Shown: positions 24,220 to 38,659, numbered from the whole stretch's first letter. The stretch: 63,868 nucleotides of DNA, filler included, from Calcarisporiella thermophila CBS 279.70 (GCF_041956535.1; 11 parts of 11 records of this genome joined end to end with filler, not necessarily neighbours in it); one strand, 5' to 3'. The notes: generated by a model not told the origin, from the sequence alone. A program made the numbers and translations.

Positions 24220-25121
24220 ATGAGCAATTTCAACACCCTTATTTCTTCTCTTAATTCTTTCCCATCTGATGAACCCGCGCTTTCATCGCAGGATTCTAAA
24301 GACTTGGAGCATGAGCTTGCTCTCTGGACTAATGCCCAATTTGCTTTTGATGTTCCTCCTTCCTCTTCAACTGAAATGACATCGGAACACAAAGATGATT
24401 TATTTGGATTTGATGGGTTAGAATATTTGAGCGGATTGGGTAGATACGCAATGCCTTTGCAGATTATAATTCTAAGATATTAACTAATTGTGCTCGCGCT
24501 CTAGATGTTGATCAGAAATTCCTGAGAGACGAAGCGAATAATGAAGTCGCAAAGGATAACCAATCTCATTTAGCTTCTACTCTTTCTTCAATAATCCAGC
24601 AGCAACAGCCTACTTCTCAATCTCATTTTCACAACCAGCAAGCTAAGCTCGCATCACGTTATCCTAATATTGTGCCTGCTCCAGCTGCACTATCATCTAC
24701 TCAGCAGCAGCTTTCACAGCCTACTAAGCCGATCCAAATAACTAACTCAAACAATAAGCGAACACGCCCTATGGTTGATCTCCAGACGCTTGAGCAAATC
24801 AATCCTGATGGAACGCGTACAGTTATTGATCCAGATACTGCGTCACGCCTCGCTGCTGAAGAAGATAAACGGCGTCGAAATACGGCAGCATCTGCTCGTT
24901 TCCGCATCAAGAAAAAACAACGTGAGCAAGCTCTTGAGAGAACTGCAAAGGAGATGACTGCAAAAGCTGAAATGCTAGAAGGCCGTGTGAAAGAGCTGGA
25001 GATGGAAATTAAATGGTTAAGATCTTTGGTAGTTGAGAAGGATCCACGACTAGGGGATATTCTTGAGCAAGGATTTCCCGGATCCATTGAAGTCAGTGAG
25101 AAGAAACTAAAGCTGGCATGA
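24220..25121 (+). CDS. metR: bZIP transcription factor of the MetR/CYS-3 sulfur-regulator family, 2 exons
   Basis: LALWTNAQFAFD N-terminal motif and AAEEDKRRRNTAASARFRIKKKQREQALE..LEMEIKWLRSL. Confidence 0.85.
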
Positions 25122-25529
25122 ATTCTAATTAGTGCTATGTGTGATATATCTAAATTTTCGTGTACATTTTCTCCTATTTTTTTGCTCACTGCTTTTATGT
25201 TTTTACTGATGTGTCATAGCAAAATTTATTTTATTGGCGCATGAGAATACATTATTAAACAACCAATTTTGTCATTGCCGTCGTCCATTTATTCATGGTT
25301 GAATATTTTATAATACATGGGCTAGATAACAATGATCGAGCTTAGCGTGTGCAATAATTTCACATATTAACGTTCGATTAGAATAGCTAAAGTGCACTTC
25401 TTAGTGAATTCTGAAAATTGAAATAGGTAATTTATCACATAGCCTCGTAATGTGGCTTGTATTTTTCTATTTCATAAACATAAACTTGCTACAAGTGCTT
25501 CAATGCACAAAAGCCAAGTCATCATAATC

Positions 25530-26134
25530 ATGTTACAGAGAATTAGCCCGTTCTTACGGCGAACAAATACATTAGCCTGGTCAAGAATTGCTCATAACAC
25601 TTTTGCTACAACATCTTCTACTTTTGCCTCAAATTCTAAACAACCAACCGAAGATATTTCGGGAACATCGGAATCAAGTGGACTATGGGCTTTCTTCGAG
25701 AATAAACAAGCTTTACCTGCACAAAAATGGACAGGTGAATAGGATCGTAGTTCATAACCCGTATCAAATTATTTTAACAAAATTCAATTTGACTAGGCCG
25801 TGCATGGAGGGCTTCGGAGCTTCGCCAAAAATCCTTCGAGGATCTCCACGCTTTATGGTACGTGCTACTCAAGGAACGTAATCTCTTATATACTCAAAAA
25901 GAAGAAGCAAGACGACTTCGAGTTCCTGATAACGCATGGACCAATGAGGGACGCTTGGTTAAGGTCAAAAAGAGCATGGCAAGACTCAAATTTGTACTTA
26001 ATGAAAGACGTATTGCCTATGAAAAAGCACAGAAGCTGAAGAGCGAGGAAATGTTGATAGAGAAGGTTGACGAGCAATTGTCAAAAGATAATGTGATAGA
26101 GGAAGTTAGTGATAGTATGAAGCAGGAAAAATAG
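25530..26134 (+). CDS. MRPL4: Mitochondrial ribosomal protein uL29m (L47/MRPL4)
   Basis: [35 protein letters not shown] and [16 protein letters not shown]. Confidence 0.9.
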
Positions 26135-26709
26135 AAGTGTATGCTAAAAATCACTCTTGCAGTTATGTTTATAATGGATTTTGAGTTATATTTTTGAAGG
26201 ATCTGAAGAATTGATATAGGTCGACATTTTGCTTTACGCTAAACTCTTGAGAGACCCCTGGAACATTTATTACCATCTTCTAGTTTCTTATATTTCAATA
26301 AGAAAATTACAACAAATATCTTTTTTTTTTTTGCACTTCTGAATGCATGTATAAGGTTGAATATTGATAATTTTTTTGAGACCAGAATGGTGTGGCTATA
26401 TATGCTCAAATCTTGATATTAAAACAATTATTCCAATACAACCTCAAAAATATATTGTTAGTATTGAATATCCAGGTCATAACGATTCTATGTCCATAAC
26501 TTGTTGGCACTAAAATATTTTATATTGAGTAGTGGTCACCTTCCTGTGTCAATAAGCTATTTATTCATATTTAAATATTTCATCTCCAATCAACTGTATT
26601 TCACCCAGTCCAATGAGGTACGAGAAAAATCACGAATTACGGAGTATAAATACCCCAACTTGACGAGACATCGACTCTGCCCAACTTTTAGTAATACCTC
26701 TAGTCAATT

Positions 26710-27899
26710 ATGGTTACTAGTACATTCATTAGAAGACTTTATTCAACCAAGTCTTATGTTGCTCCAGTAATTATCAAAATAACTTTTCCATCGTATTTTT
26801 ATTAACTTTTATCCGTATAGATCGTCGATGGCTTTGTAGGGGCAATTGGAAATACACCTTTGGTATTCTAGTGTTAGTTATTGCCATTCCATTTCCTCCC
26901 TAACTGTATTTGTTTTTTATGCAGATAAGGCTAAACAGGCTCTCCAAGGAAACATCCTGCGATATCCTTGCAAAAGCAGAATTTATGAATCCTGGCGGAA
27001 GTGTCAAAGATCGCGCTGCACTTTACGTAATAAAAGATGCCGAAGAACGAAGCCTTCTTAAGCCAGGAGGAACTGTTGTAGAAGGTACTGCTGGTAACAC
27101 TGGCATTGGATTGGCTCATGTGTGCAGGTCGAAGGGATACAAATGCGTTATTTATATGCCTAACACACAGTCGCAAGAGAAAATCGACTTATTGCGGATG
27201 CTAGGGGCAGAGGTGTATCCTGTACCAGCTGTACCATTTGAAGATCCTCAAAATTATAACCATCAGGCGCGCCGGCATGCTGAATCCTTAGATAATGCAG
27301 TTTGGACTAACCAGTTTGATAATCGAGCCAATCGTCGTGCACACATTGAAACCACTGGCCCAGAGATATGGCAGCAAACGGACGGACACATAGATGGCTT
27401 TACTTGTGCAACAGGAACTGCTGGCACACTTGCGGGCGTGGCGCGATATCTCAAGGGCCAAGACAAGAATGTTAAGATTTTCATAGCCGATCCCCCTGGT
27501 AGTGTGCTGTACAGCTATTTCCAGAGTGGCGGAAAACTGTTTGAGCGGACAGGAAGTTCAATCACTGAAGGCATCGGACAAGGCCGCATAACGGAGAATC
27601 TCAAGCCTGATCTTGATCTCATTGATGATGCCCTGTACATTCCTGATGAAGAGTCCATTAAAATGGTCTATCGCCTTTTGGATGAGGAGGGGATTTACGT
27701 TGGAGCCAGCTCGGCCCTTAACGTGGTGGCAGCGGTAGAAATGGCCAAAAAATTAGGACCGGGGAAGCGCGTCGTGACAATGCTATGTGATGGTGCGTAC
27801 CGGTACCAGTCACGGCTCTTCAGCCGTAAGTGGTTGGAAAGCAAAAATTTGGTAGATGCAATTCCCGCACATCTACATAAATATATCATCCTACCATAA
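26710..27899 (+). CDS. Cysteine synthase (O-acetylserine sulfhydrylase), 3 exons
   Basis: [42 protein letters not shown] and TEGIG motifs. Confidence 0.95.
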
Positions 27900-27976
27900 T
27901 GATTTTTATTTAATAAAATCACCCATTAGAGTTTCTAAGCTTATTTATTTTGCTCAACTACTGTTAACACCGAAAA

Positions 27977-29179
27977 TCAAAGATCTTCATCTTCATCTTC
28001 ATCCATTTCTTCATATACCTCCCCTTCATTCTCAGTATCATCGTTTTCTACATTACTCCAACCATCTCCAATCTCCACGGATACAATACCGTTAGCTATA
28101 ACATAGGTGAGCACTGTAACAACCGCAGTGGCAATGGCCCACATCCGTTTACGTTCAAAATCGCGCTCCGCCTCCGTTTTTTCCGTAGTATTTGCATGCT
28201 CTTTAGTAGGAATTACTGATGAGAAAAAGGTATGGCGAAGCCAAGCCAAGGGTGCACGGAAAATCCCACTAAACACGTCCCACTGCGAAGTTTCAAGTCG
28301 AGGTGTTTGCTCAAAATGATGTGGAAGAGAGGAGAGATACGTATCACGCATGTGATGGCACCACCTCGAAAGCTCAGGAAATTCGGAATTAAGAAGAAGC
28401 GAAAGGCGGTTGTTCGGAAGTTCACCATGTAAATGAGAGGCGAGATGGCCATAAATTAAAGCATCCAGTGTAGTAGGTCTAGATCATTTGAAGATTGAAT
28501 TATAATTGAATGAATTGAGAGTATGGTAATAAGAGAACTCATACTTTTCGCCAAAAAAATACTGCCTTTTCCCTAATTGCGTCTCTAAAGTCTCATATAG
28601 CTGTCTCGCTTCTCTCACCATTTTCTCTTCCATTTTTTCGTATCCTTCGTTCTTTTCCATTTTTATATCAATGCCTCTAATTGACAACCGTGACTTTGCA
28701 TTACGCTTCAGGGCAACTGGAGATATATAGCAGAGAGGGAAAGAGAGGAGCTTGGCATATGCTGGGCGGATGGCCTGTACAAAATTTGTAGTGTCAGCGT
28801 ACCATAACTGCAGAGTAAGATCCTGAATGTGAGGAAGAAATGCAGCATATGCAAGTGATGAAGCTTGGTCAGAAGGAGAGAGTGACGCGTTTAAATCGAG
28901 ATCCTAATTATACATCATTAGTGGAGTATAGCAGACAATAACTGTAAAGAAATGACACACCTTTTTAGAGAGATGAGAAATCACCCTTTGTAAACCACCA
29001 ACCCACACGTCCCCATCTTTAAGCACTGGTAATTCACCTGTTGGCGATATGTTAGGATCGTTGCATTCAATTAATGAATACTGAGCTCCCAATATTTGTA
29101 GATATGTTATTGAAGCGAGAGAAGCTGGATCTATTGAAGGAAGTGAGAGTGCAGGACCCCATACGTAGAGCTCCAGCAT
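27977..29179 (-). CDS. SAM37: Metaxin/Sam37 mitochondrial SAM complex subunit, multi-exon
   Basis: MLELYVWGPALSLPSIDP, SPTGELPVL, LG...YFFGE.P..LDA and C-terminal TM segment. Confidence 0.88.
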
Positions 29180-30947
29180 ATTTGATTATTTTTAAGTAAT
29201 TTATGGGGAGTAGAGAATCTTTGATTTATATTTTTTATATAATAATTTCCAACTAATAACATTCGTTGTAGATGGCTTATCAAATTTTGTTTAACAGATC
29301 AAAATGCTGTAAATTATGATTTCGTAGTATAGGCAAGTCATACCTAGTATTGTATATATTTCAATATTTATTAGCTATTCAACATATCCTTTATATACTA
29401 TAGCTTAGGTTTAGGTATCTACAGTTTCATCTATTAGAAATTTTGAGAAAAAGGCTCGAGCAGCAAACAGGCCAACTTTTATAGTAAAAATAATAACAGA
29501 TATTATTGTAATTAAGAATTTTTGACATTTACGGTCAAAGAACAATCCATCATACAATCCGAATAAGCAGTTCTGCATTCTATTTCTTGCCGTTTGATTA
29601 TTTTTTCTCGGACAATATTGACATATTTTTGACGTCTTAAGATAGTCTAATTTCAAAAGGAAATAAAGATTTTTTATTAACTTCATATTCCAAAAAATTA
29701 TGATAGTAAATACTAAGTAAATGTCACTGCTTGTCCAAATATTAATGAATAATTGAATATATAAATATTAAATGACTAATAACAATGTAAATGCCATCGA
29801 ATAGCCTACGCTTAACAATCATTATATTACAAATTTCCTTTGAATATTTACAGCTCTTCGTATTAATAAATATTTTTGCTGAGATAGCAATAACAGCTGT
29901 TAGAATAGAAGATTGTTTGCTATATCGAAAACATGCGGATGCTCTCTCTGAAACACTGGACAAATTAGTATCGTAATTCTATATTTTCACGCCAGTAGTA
30001 GCATTGTTGGTTTACCGCCACGTCATTCTACTCACTGCAAAAATACTTAATGATAACCTTATTGACTTCTATTAGTTTTACGTTTCTTCAACAAGTTGCC
30101 AAAAAAACACTCAGAGAGTTGTGATAGCTGTGGAATTGACTCCTCAGCCTAATCATACAGATAGAACTTTGGGTTACCTCAATGCAGGATAAAATTATTT
30201 GCTGTACTGGATTTGCTATTGTTATCCACTTTGAAGCATTTTAATTTTTTTGTGATTAGTCCATAAAAGTTGCGCAAGTTATACAAATGGAGTATATAAG
30301 ACTTCTGAGTAATGGCAGGCTCAGGGGGAAAGAGAGGAATTTGTAGTAAAATATTAGAAAATATGGGATTAACATTGGCTCAAGCGGATAATTATTGCAT
30401 AGACGAAGGATGTGCATTCTAAATATAAACGAGTAATTGAATTGGATTAGTGTTATGAGCTGGGCGCTGAAAAAAAAAAATAAAATATAAGAGAGCAAAA
30501 TGGAATAAAATTGAAAAGACGCTATGTAATATATGTGGCATAATGTATAAGTAAAGGGATGTATATGTCAAACCTTAAAATTGCAGGTCAGCAAAGAATA
30601 TAAATTAAAGATCTATATTTGAATTGTTAGAAATAGGTATTTCGTACTTTTTCGAATCTGATGGCCTCTTGGCCATCTTTGATTTGGGTGTAGTGGGCTG
30701 TTTCCAAAAAGCAATATCATGTTTTTGATAGCCCATCACGGTTGTTATATGGGTTCTATATTTTAAGATCATTATACTATATAGGAGAATAGTAGCGTGT
30801 TGGTCTATCCCTTGTTTTTCTTCGTGATGCTCAAAGAATTGCTCTTTNNNNNNNNNNNNNNNNNNNNNNNNNNNNNNNNNNNNNNNNNNNNTTAATTAAT
30901 TAANNNNNNNNNNNNNNNNNNNNNNNNNNNNNNNNNNNNNNNNNNNN

Positions 30948-33773
30948 ATTATCAGACCCACAAGCCCAGCGGATAACGTTCTTCCTCCATCGATAAAAAC
31001 AACATTAGGTAAATCTTGTAAGATTGTGGCGTCTTTAGCCAAACGGGAAGTGAGAGTTCCTGTGGAATATGTTGGCTGATCGAAGAAAGATATTTCTTGA
31101 CGCATAATGTTTTGAAACGTTTGAGATCGAACCCGCTGCACTAGGCGTTCACCACAGAAGAGCGTTATTCCTTCCTCAAAAAATGTAGCGACAAAACACA
31201 CAAGCGCCATGGCAACTAAATAAAAAAAATTAAATGATCTTAGGTTTTAACGGGGTCAGCTCTGTATATTAAAGTCTTACAATACATAAGCGACCAGAAT
31301 CTCGTTTCCTGTTCCACTCGATCTGGAGGTTGACTGAGCGCATTAAAAGCTCTCCCAAATAATAATCCATCTAGAGGAAGAACCTGAAATAGAAACAAAA
31401 ATTAACCTGAATGTTACCAAGATTTTCCTATGGTCAAAACATCTTACCGCTCCTTTAATAACTGCACCAAATAATGACATTAAAATGTACTTCCATTCTG
31501 GTGACATCATATGCAAAACTCTTAGTACTGGTCTTTTTTCTCTCTTAATTTCTACATTCAGGGAGCTTGGATACGTTTTGAAACAAGTCAAACGAGTTTC
31601 TAAACTCGGCTTCCAATCAGATTGCATTTCTCTCGTTTTCTCAAGTATCGAATCAGAATCAAGATTATCCTTTTTGTCCTCATAGGCTTTGAGCTGTTGT
31701 TTCTGTACATACGATAAATAGGCGCCTTTCTTTGCCAATAATTCGGTGTGAGAACCTTGCTCAATAATTTTACCGTTTTCCATAACCATGATTAAATCTG
31801 CATCGCGAATAGTTGAAAGACGATGTGCAATGATAATAGTGGTCCGATTTCTGGAAGCGCTTTTTAGCGCTTCCTGTACTATTTTCTCTGACCGAGTGTC
31901 AAGCGCGGAAGTTGCTTCATCAAGCAGTAGAATGGCTGGATTCCTTATAAGGGCTCTGGCAATCGCAATTCGCTGCTTTTGACCCCCAGAAAATTGAGAT
32001 CCTATCTCCCCAACTTTTGTGTCATATCCCTTGGGTAGACTGTTAATCATATTATGGCAGTTCGCCTGGATACACACTTCCTCAATTTCGGCCTGAGTCG
32101 GGTTTCTATTAAGCGCACCTAGAGCAATATTATTACGGATAGTGTCGTCAAAAAGTACAGGCTCTTGTCCAACCAAGCCAATTTGATTCCGTAGCCATTT
32201 TATATCGATATCACGTAAATCTACTCCATCAAGTAGAATTTTACCTGCAGTTGGATCATAAAAGCGCTGCACTAATTGTATGATGGTTGACTTTCCACTC
32301 CCCGATGCACCTACCAGGGCAACCGTTTTGCCACTTGGAATCTGAAAATCTACTCCGGATAGAACAGGTACATCTGGACGCGAAGGATATCTGAAATGCA
32401 CTTCACATAATGTGATCTCGCCCCTGCAATGTTTTTGTTGAATATTTCCCTGTTGACGTTTAGAGGAAACGATTACAGGGGTTCTGTCAATTGTTTCGAA
32501 AATTTTATAGGCAGCTACTTGGGCTTCTACAAGCGCCTTATACTCAGGCCCAATTTCACTAGATATTTAAGGAGTTTAGACTCCTCCTTGAAAATTAAGC
32601 ATATAGCTTGTTAAAGCCATAACTGTTTTACCTTATTGACATAGTACCAATGATAAATGAGAAAAAAGCTTGAACAACCTCTGCACTACTCATGGAACCT
32701 TTTGATACTAATCGGGCGCCATACCAAAGGCCAAGTCCGTCAGTGCTATATGCAATGAATACTGCCAATCCCAGGCATAACCCTTATAGCAGCACGAATT
32801 AGTTAATTGAACTGTTCAATTGGCCATTCTGATACTCCTTACCAATTTTAATAGCCTTATGAGTGCCAGCTTGATAAGCAACTTTGAGATTTTCGTTGTA
32901 GTAGTTAATAAATTGTGACTGTAGTCCGAAAGTGGCCACAGTGCGTATCCCAGAGATGGCTTGCTCTACAAAGGATCCCGCACTCGAATATGCATTCTGT
33001 GTTTTTAGGGTCTGTGATTTAATCACCCCAGTAAATAGATAACCAGACAGTAAGATCAGTGGTAGCAAAGCGAGCAACACAAGTGATAATCTCCATCCAA
33101 AAATGAATGCCATAGTAAAACCCGATATAACTTGGGTGACATTCTTTATTACAAGGCCAACTTTATCTGAAATACCCTCCTGAATAAGGAAAGTGTCGGA
33201 AGAAAGGCGCGTATTAAGCGATTCTGATTCCGTTAGATCAAACCAACTCTGATCTTGTTGAAGTATAGCACGGAAATAGAGCTCACGAATACGCTGTAGA
33301 AATATCAATGCTTTAGGATTATGTAGTAACCCCTAGTTTAAAAAGTTAAATTACCTACCCTGGTTTGATATTCGCCTGCTAATGTCCAGCAACACATAGA
33401 TCCATAGGAAAATACAACAAGAGCCAATCCGAATCCCAATAGAATTTTTACAGCCTCAATAATGTTCTGACGGTTAGTATCAGGGTCTGTCATTGGGTCG
33501 AAGCCGGTAATCACTTTTCCATAAGGAATGGAAATCATTGGCCGCAACATGCCCGCTGCTATACTGAAAAGTGTTCCCAGTCTTTATAGGCAAATGTGAT
33601 TAAAAGGCGAAAAAAAATATTATGCGCATCTAAACTTACAGGATCAAGAATATATCAACTTTGGATGCATAGCGATAAAGCTTAACGTAAGAAATTTTAG
33701 GAGTCTCCACTTTATCTCGCTCTCTCCACTTGAGAAATTTATATAATCTTCCGTGTTCTTTCTGTTTTTCCAT
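30948..33773 (-). CDS. ABCB/MDR-type ABC transporter (TMD1-NBD1-start of TMD2; truncated)
   Basis: FRYPSRPD, Walker A GASGSGKST, FSGGQKQRIAIARA and LLLDEATSALD. Confidence 0.93.
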
Positions 33774-34883
33774 AGAACTAGTTGCGTCAATGGCTCTTAG
33801 TGTAAAAAGCTTCGTGTTTTTTTTCAAACCCCCATTTTCTTGGCTGACATTATTGTAGGAACTCAAGAAGAACAATTGGATATACTAAGTAACTTTGGTT
33901 TATCACTATATCTAATGGATTCTCTTTACCACTTTTTTGATATCTCAATCAAGCACTTAAATAAATAATTTTTAGGTTCATACACAATTTTATTAAGTTT
34001 TGACTTTTTCAGGTGGCTTAGAGTTCTAATACTTAAACTTAATAAACTAATTGTCTCACTTCGCATAATTTATACAACCAAGCATTTTTGAGAGTATAAC
34101 TTTCTTAGATCCCGGTTGAATTGCAGCTAACTGTAGTATTGAATGGAAATGGATGTAGGAAGAATATCTAGAAAGAAAGACTAAAATTTTGCATTCAATA
34201 TTAATAATAAAATGCCACATGTTAACGTGCAAATTTAATTGTCGCATAGCAACGATCGTTATCGAAAATATTTTAGTTTACCGAGGTAGAATAGTATAAA
34301 ATATAAAAGAGACTTCCATTTTACTAAAGAGATAGCGTGTGGGAATAGCCTTACAGAAATTGCACTTAGTGTATTCTGGTATTTAAGCCTGCTACACCAG
34401 TTGGAAGAGCAAGGACAAAGACAACATGCTAGTACGTGAGAAAATCCTATGTGTGTAGTACAGGTATGCTTAAAAGGATATTAAACGAGAACTAGTTCAT
34501 ATGACCTTATTAGTATTACAAAATTTGTGTAATCCTAAAAACCTAGTAAATGGGAAAACCAAAGATTCTTATTCTAGATGGAAGCTGTAAATGATCGAAT
34601 TTAGATCCTACTCAGATCCTGCTGTGACTATTTTCTTTCTTTACCTTTCTTGTACGCTCCTTTTCATTCCATTTTATATTTTCCCCTGTTTAAACCAACC
34701 TTCCTTACCTTACAGTCCTAACTGTTATAAAAGCATTTATTTGACAGATATTTTCACAAACTTGGTTAGCTGCCAGACTTCACGGTGATGAGGCTGGGTA
34801 ATTGTACAAAATAAGGTTTTCCAGAGAATTTTAAACTCTTAAACTAAAAAAATTGATAAACTCTAGTAGAGAAATGGAATTTG

Positions 34884-35179
34884 CCCTATAGGAAGTCACA
34901 TAGGGAAAAAATAAGGAAAAAATAAGGAAAAAATAAGGAAAAAATAGGGAAATAATGTGGAAAACACAGGGAACATCTCATTTTCCGTATGATTGCCTGA
35001 TATTTCCTATAATTTTTAATGATTTTTATATGAAATTTTATATGGGTAAGGATTTAGAATTTATAGAAAAATTACAGGAAGTATCAGGAAATTATATGGA
35101 AATTATAGGAAAAGTAAGGTGTTTCGCATGTGTTTCATATCATTTCTCTATGTTTTCCCTATGCGCACTTCTTATAGGG
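34884..35179. mobile_element. Fold-back MITE-like element with long imperfect terminal inverted repeats
   Basis: CCCTATAGGAAGTCACATAGGGAAAA ... TTTTCCCTATGCGCACTTCTTATAGGG; internal 11-bp tandem repeat GGAAAAAATAA; no clear TSD. Confidence 0.6.
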
Positions 35180-35947
35180 ATATGATAAACTACTGGTTTA
35201 TAATGAGTTTTGACATAGTGAATATGGAAGTCAGAGAAAGTACTTTGTGTATGGAAAACACTAGGATCTGTCACGAGTAGGCTTAGGCTTTGTGCAGTAT
35301 ACTAAGTTGCTTTGAAAATTAGTCTCAAGAGTCTTTAATAGGCTTAGTATAAAGATAGAAATCAAGATACGTTACATTTTGCGATATTAATGATTCGTGA
35401 TAGTAAATATTAAGTATAAGAATTAAAGTTATTTTATATATCCAAGCGTTTGTGTGATTCTATTATTTTTTTTCGTGAAAGGATACTGTTTATTTAATTT
35501 GTAAACATGGTTGCAATCTCGTAAAGATTGTTACTCAAATGCCTCTAAGTTTTAACCGTGTTCAACAATATAAATACCTTACCAATTTCTTTTTTCTACC
35601 TTGTTTTTCTTTATTCAGGAGTAATATTTCGTCGTAAACTTATAGATTTAGTTTTTAAGTATTTATATAAAGAAAAACGCTGCAAGCTAAACAAAAATGT
35701 CTCCCAATGGAAAAACTCTTCAAGAGGAAAAAAAGCAAGAAGGTCATAGGATGTTAAAAGTAAATGGAAACCCTGGAAACCAATGCTCATCAAACGGCTG
35801 GATCTCGATAAAAGAACAAAAGCGAGTCGAATTGAAAAATACTTTTCNNNNNNNNNNNNNNNNNNNNNNNNNNNNNNNNNNNNNNNNNNNNTTAATTAAT
35901 TAANNNNNNNNNNNNNNNNNNNNNNNNNNNNNNNNNNNNNNNNNNNN

Positions 35948-36187
35948 ACACAGCAATCAGATTGCACAACGCAGGCTCCACGACACCCAGACAATTGGCA
36001 GCATTTCTGGGAGCATCGAATGCAGCCTTTCTAGCAATAATGCCAGGAAGACTGTTTTCGAGGTCATTAATGATGGCACACATCAGAGCTCTGAACACCA
36101 ACCCAGACTGGGATGCCTCATTCAACCTCCCAAAGGAGGCATTAGAGGAGCTAGAATGGTGGGCAGAAGAGCTCAGGAAGTGGAACT
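35948..36187 (+). mobile_element. DIRS/Ngaro-type retrotransposon RT-RNase H junction fragment
   Basis: TPRQLAAFLG..NAAFLAIMPGRLFSRSL...WDASFNL..EALEELEWW...WN is typical of tyrosine-recombinase retroelements. Confidence 0.7.
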
Positions 36188-36270
36188 TATTTTTCGAAAA
36201 TATAGGTAAATTAATGTTTTCATAAGCTAAGTTTCATCAAAATTTACCTAATATTTTGCTCTAATTTTCA

Positions 36271-37416
36271 TTTAGCAACTTTAATGTATGCGCACTGGGC
36301 TGGTGATTTTCCATTTTCTGATGGAGCGGAAATTAATAGTGAGCATTGTTGCCGACAAGTGTCCTGGAAGAAATTGGATTGGCAATGGAGGCGTGCCAAA
36401 TAAAAATTCCAACCTGCTTTGGAAGACCACCGCGTAATATCCACAAGCACAATAAAGGCTATAAGGCTGAAGAGTGGTTAAACTGGATCACAGTTTACTC
36501 CCTTATCTTTCTCAATGATAAGTTACCCTTCAGGTAGACAATGCAGCGGCGAGCTTTATTGGCGGATTCTTACCCCTACTTACATTATTTCATTTTTACC
36601 ATTAAACTAGGATTTTAAATGGGTGGGCTAAATTTGTAACCGACGTTCGACTCTGCCTTTCTTGGACATTCACAAGCCAGGTTGCGAAAACCATTCGGGA
36701 AAATCTTGACTCATTCTATCAACATTATATAGAGTAATTTTACAGTATATGCAATTAGTATAATTATCATAATAGTTTATCTATTGATGTTAAAATATAT
36801 TGCTTTGTAGAGAGTACTCTGGAGAAAATATCGAGCTGCTTCCTGCACATAGAATAGTTTATCACTACCTCCTTCACGTAATTGACTCCATCCTAGATTA
36901 TTGGCGCAATAATTACACAGTTGCTGTTAGTATATTTTGCACTACTAATGCTTCTTCTGTAATTATGATTGTGATAAAGTAAAAATTCCGTGACTGCTTA
37001 AAAGACATTAGTGCAAGTAGATCGAAACGCAAGATTCCACAGAAGACCAAACTCAATGATAACAAAGGAATGTTATGCAGAGGTTGAAGTGAGTTTTCAT
37101 TTATTTTGTACACTAAATTTTAAATTGATGTATTTGGCAGACATTAACACTGGTCAACTAGTTGATCTTAAAAAATAACTGACTTATTTTTGGCTTTTAT
37201 AGTTTTATTTTCACCATGTTTATAGAGGGGAAAATTTTGGCATTTGTGAGATGGGCGGGAGATTGGTATAATGATGCATACGGTTTGAAATATTTTACAT
37301 CTCTCAGCTCGAAAGGGTTTATTGACGTGGCAACGATAGATAGATGCGTAGGATGGATACAGAGGGGAAGAGTGTTCTATATCGCAAATAAGGAAAAATT
37401 CTATGTGCTTACGTAG
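36271..37416 (+). pseudogene. CACTA/En-Spm (Tnp2-like) transposase relic, copy 1, with introns
   Basis: IPTCFGRPPRNI..GYKAEEWLNW and HYLLHV.DSI motifs; C-terminal FIDVATIDRCVGW. Confidence 0.75.
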
Positions 37417-37799
37417 GCATATTGGACAGGCTTATAAGAGAGTTGAGCCATATTGCAACTTGTTTTATATACCTAGTTGCTATGAATTACCTCTATGTAT
37501 ATTATATATGATGTGATTTGTGGTTTGACTTTTGATCCAAATTTTTTAATTTGTAAAATTTACTCAGATTTTCAGCAAAAATTTGTGGACTCGATTTTTC
37601 CGGCCGTACACTCACGACCAATTTGTTTTTCCCCAATTTTCTTTTCAGCCAAATTATTCCTCTTGAGCCAAAGCAAAAATAATTCAACAAGTCACTTTCC
37701 TTGATTTCCATATTCGACGCGTCCAAAATTATCACGAACCAATAGGTTACCCGAAATTTTTACCAATAAATCCTGAATTTTTCGACGGAGTTTACCTAT

Positions 37800-38190
37800 G
37801 TTTCTTCTTACTGGGATGATGGATCGCAGAGCGGAATGATCTGTAGTGAGCTGGAATTTCGATCCATCGTGGTAGGCGTGAAGTTTGGTGAGTGCCCATA
37901 CAACTGCTAAACATTCCAATTTACTGAGTAATTTAGTTCAGCGGATTTTAGCTGTCGAGAAAGGTAGCAGATGACTCGCTCAACTAGTTTGCCGCTTCCC
38001 ACATCAAATTGTTCTTGTGCAAGTACAGCGCCAAGCCCGATTGTGCTTGCATCGGTGTAAAGGCGAAACGGTCGCGTAAAATCAGGATGAGCCAGGATTG
38101 GTGCGGAGCACAATTTCTCTTTAATTAACCTAAAAGCGGTTTCCTGCGCCTCTCCCCACCGAAAAACTGCGCCTTTTTTGAGCAATATTG
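37800..38190 (-). mobile_element. Ty3/gypsy pol fragment (RT connection and RNase H), frameshifted
   Basis: FRWGEAQETAF..LCSAPILAHPDFTRPFRLYTDAS..GLGAVLAQ, SRQLKSAELNY, ECLAVVWAL, TDHSAL. Confidence 0.9.
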
Positions 38191-38659
38191 TGAGTGTTGT
38201 TTTTTTATTAAACTATATGTATCAGCTCTATTGATTGCATTCTCTACTTACTATAGCTCCACTTGTATATTCACATTGGACTGGCGAGTTCCCATTCATT
38301 GGTATAGGGAATATAAGGAAGGACACTTGGTTTTGCAAAGAAAATTAAAGACTAGGTTTATTCTAAAGACAAAAAGGGAAATTGACTAAAGAAAACTAAG
38401 GGAAAAGTGACATTGAGTGATTCCTAAAACTAATTCTGACGAATGATCGTGTGTCTTAAATAATGTAAAAAGGATAAAAGTATAACTAAGCTAAAGTAGG
38501 TTTTCATGGGTAAATGCTTGTATTGTTCTTGGCGGATGGGTGTTGCTTGGTCTTTGATGGATCAAGGTCGATGCTAAGCAAAGGTTCTAAGGATATTGAA
38601 CTTGGCTAAGTTCATTTCCTTACAATTGGGGCGGTTGAAACTAATACCGATCACATTCT

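Noticed and set aside
8460-33773. The two ABCB fragments as halves of one gene
   Set aside because: Both encode the N-terminal TMD1 with different sequences, so they are paralogues.
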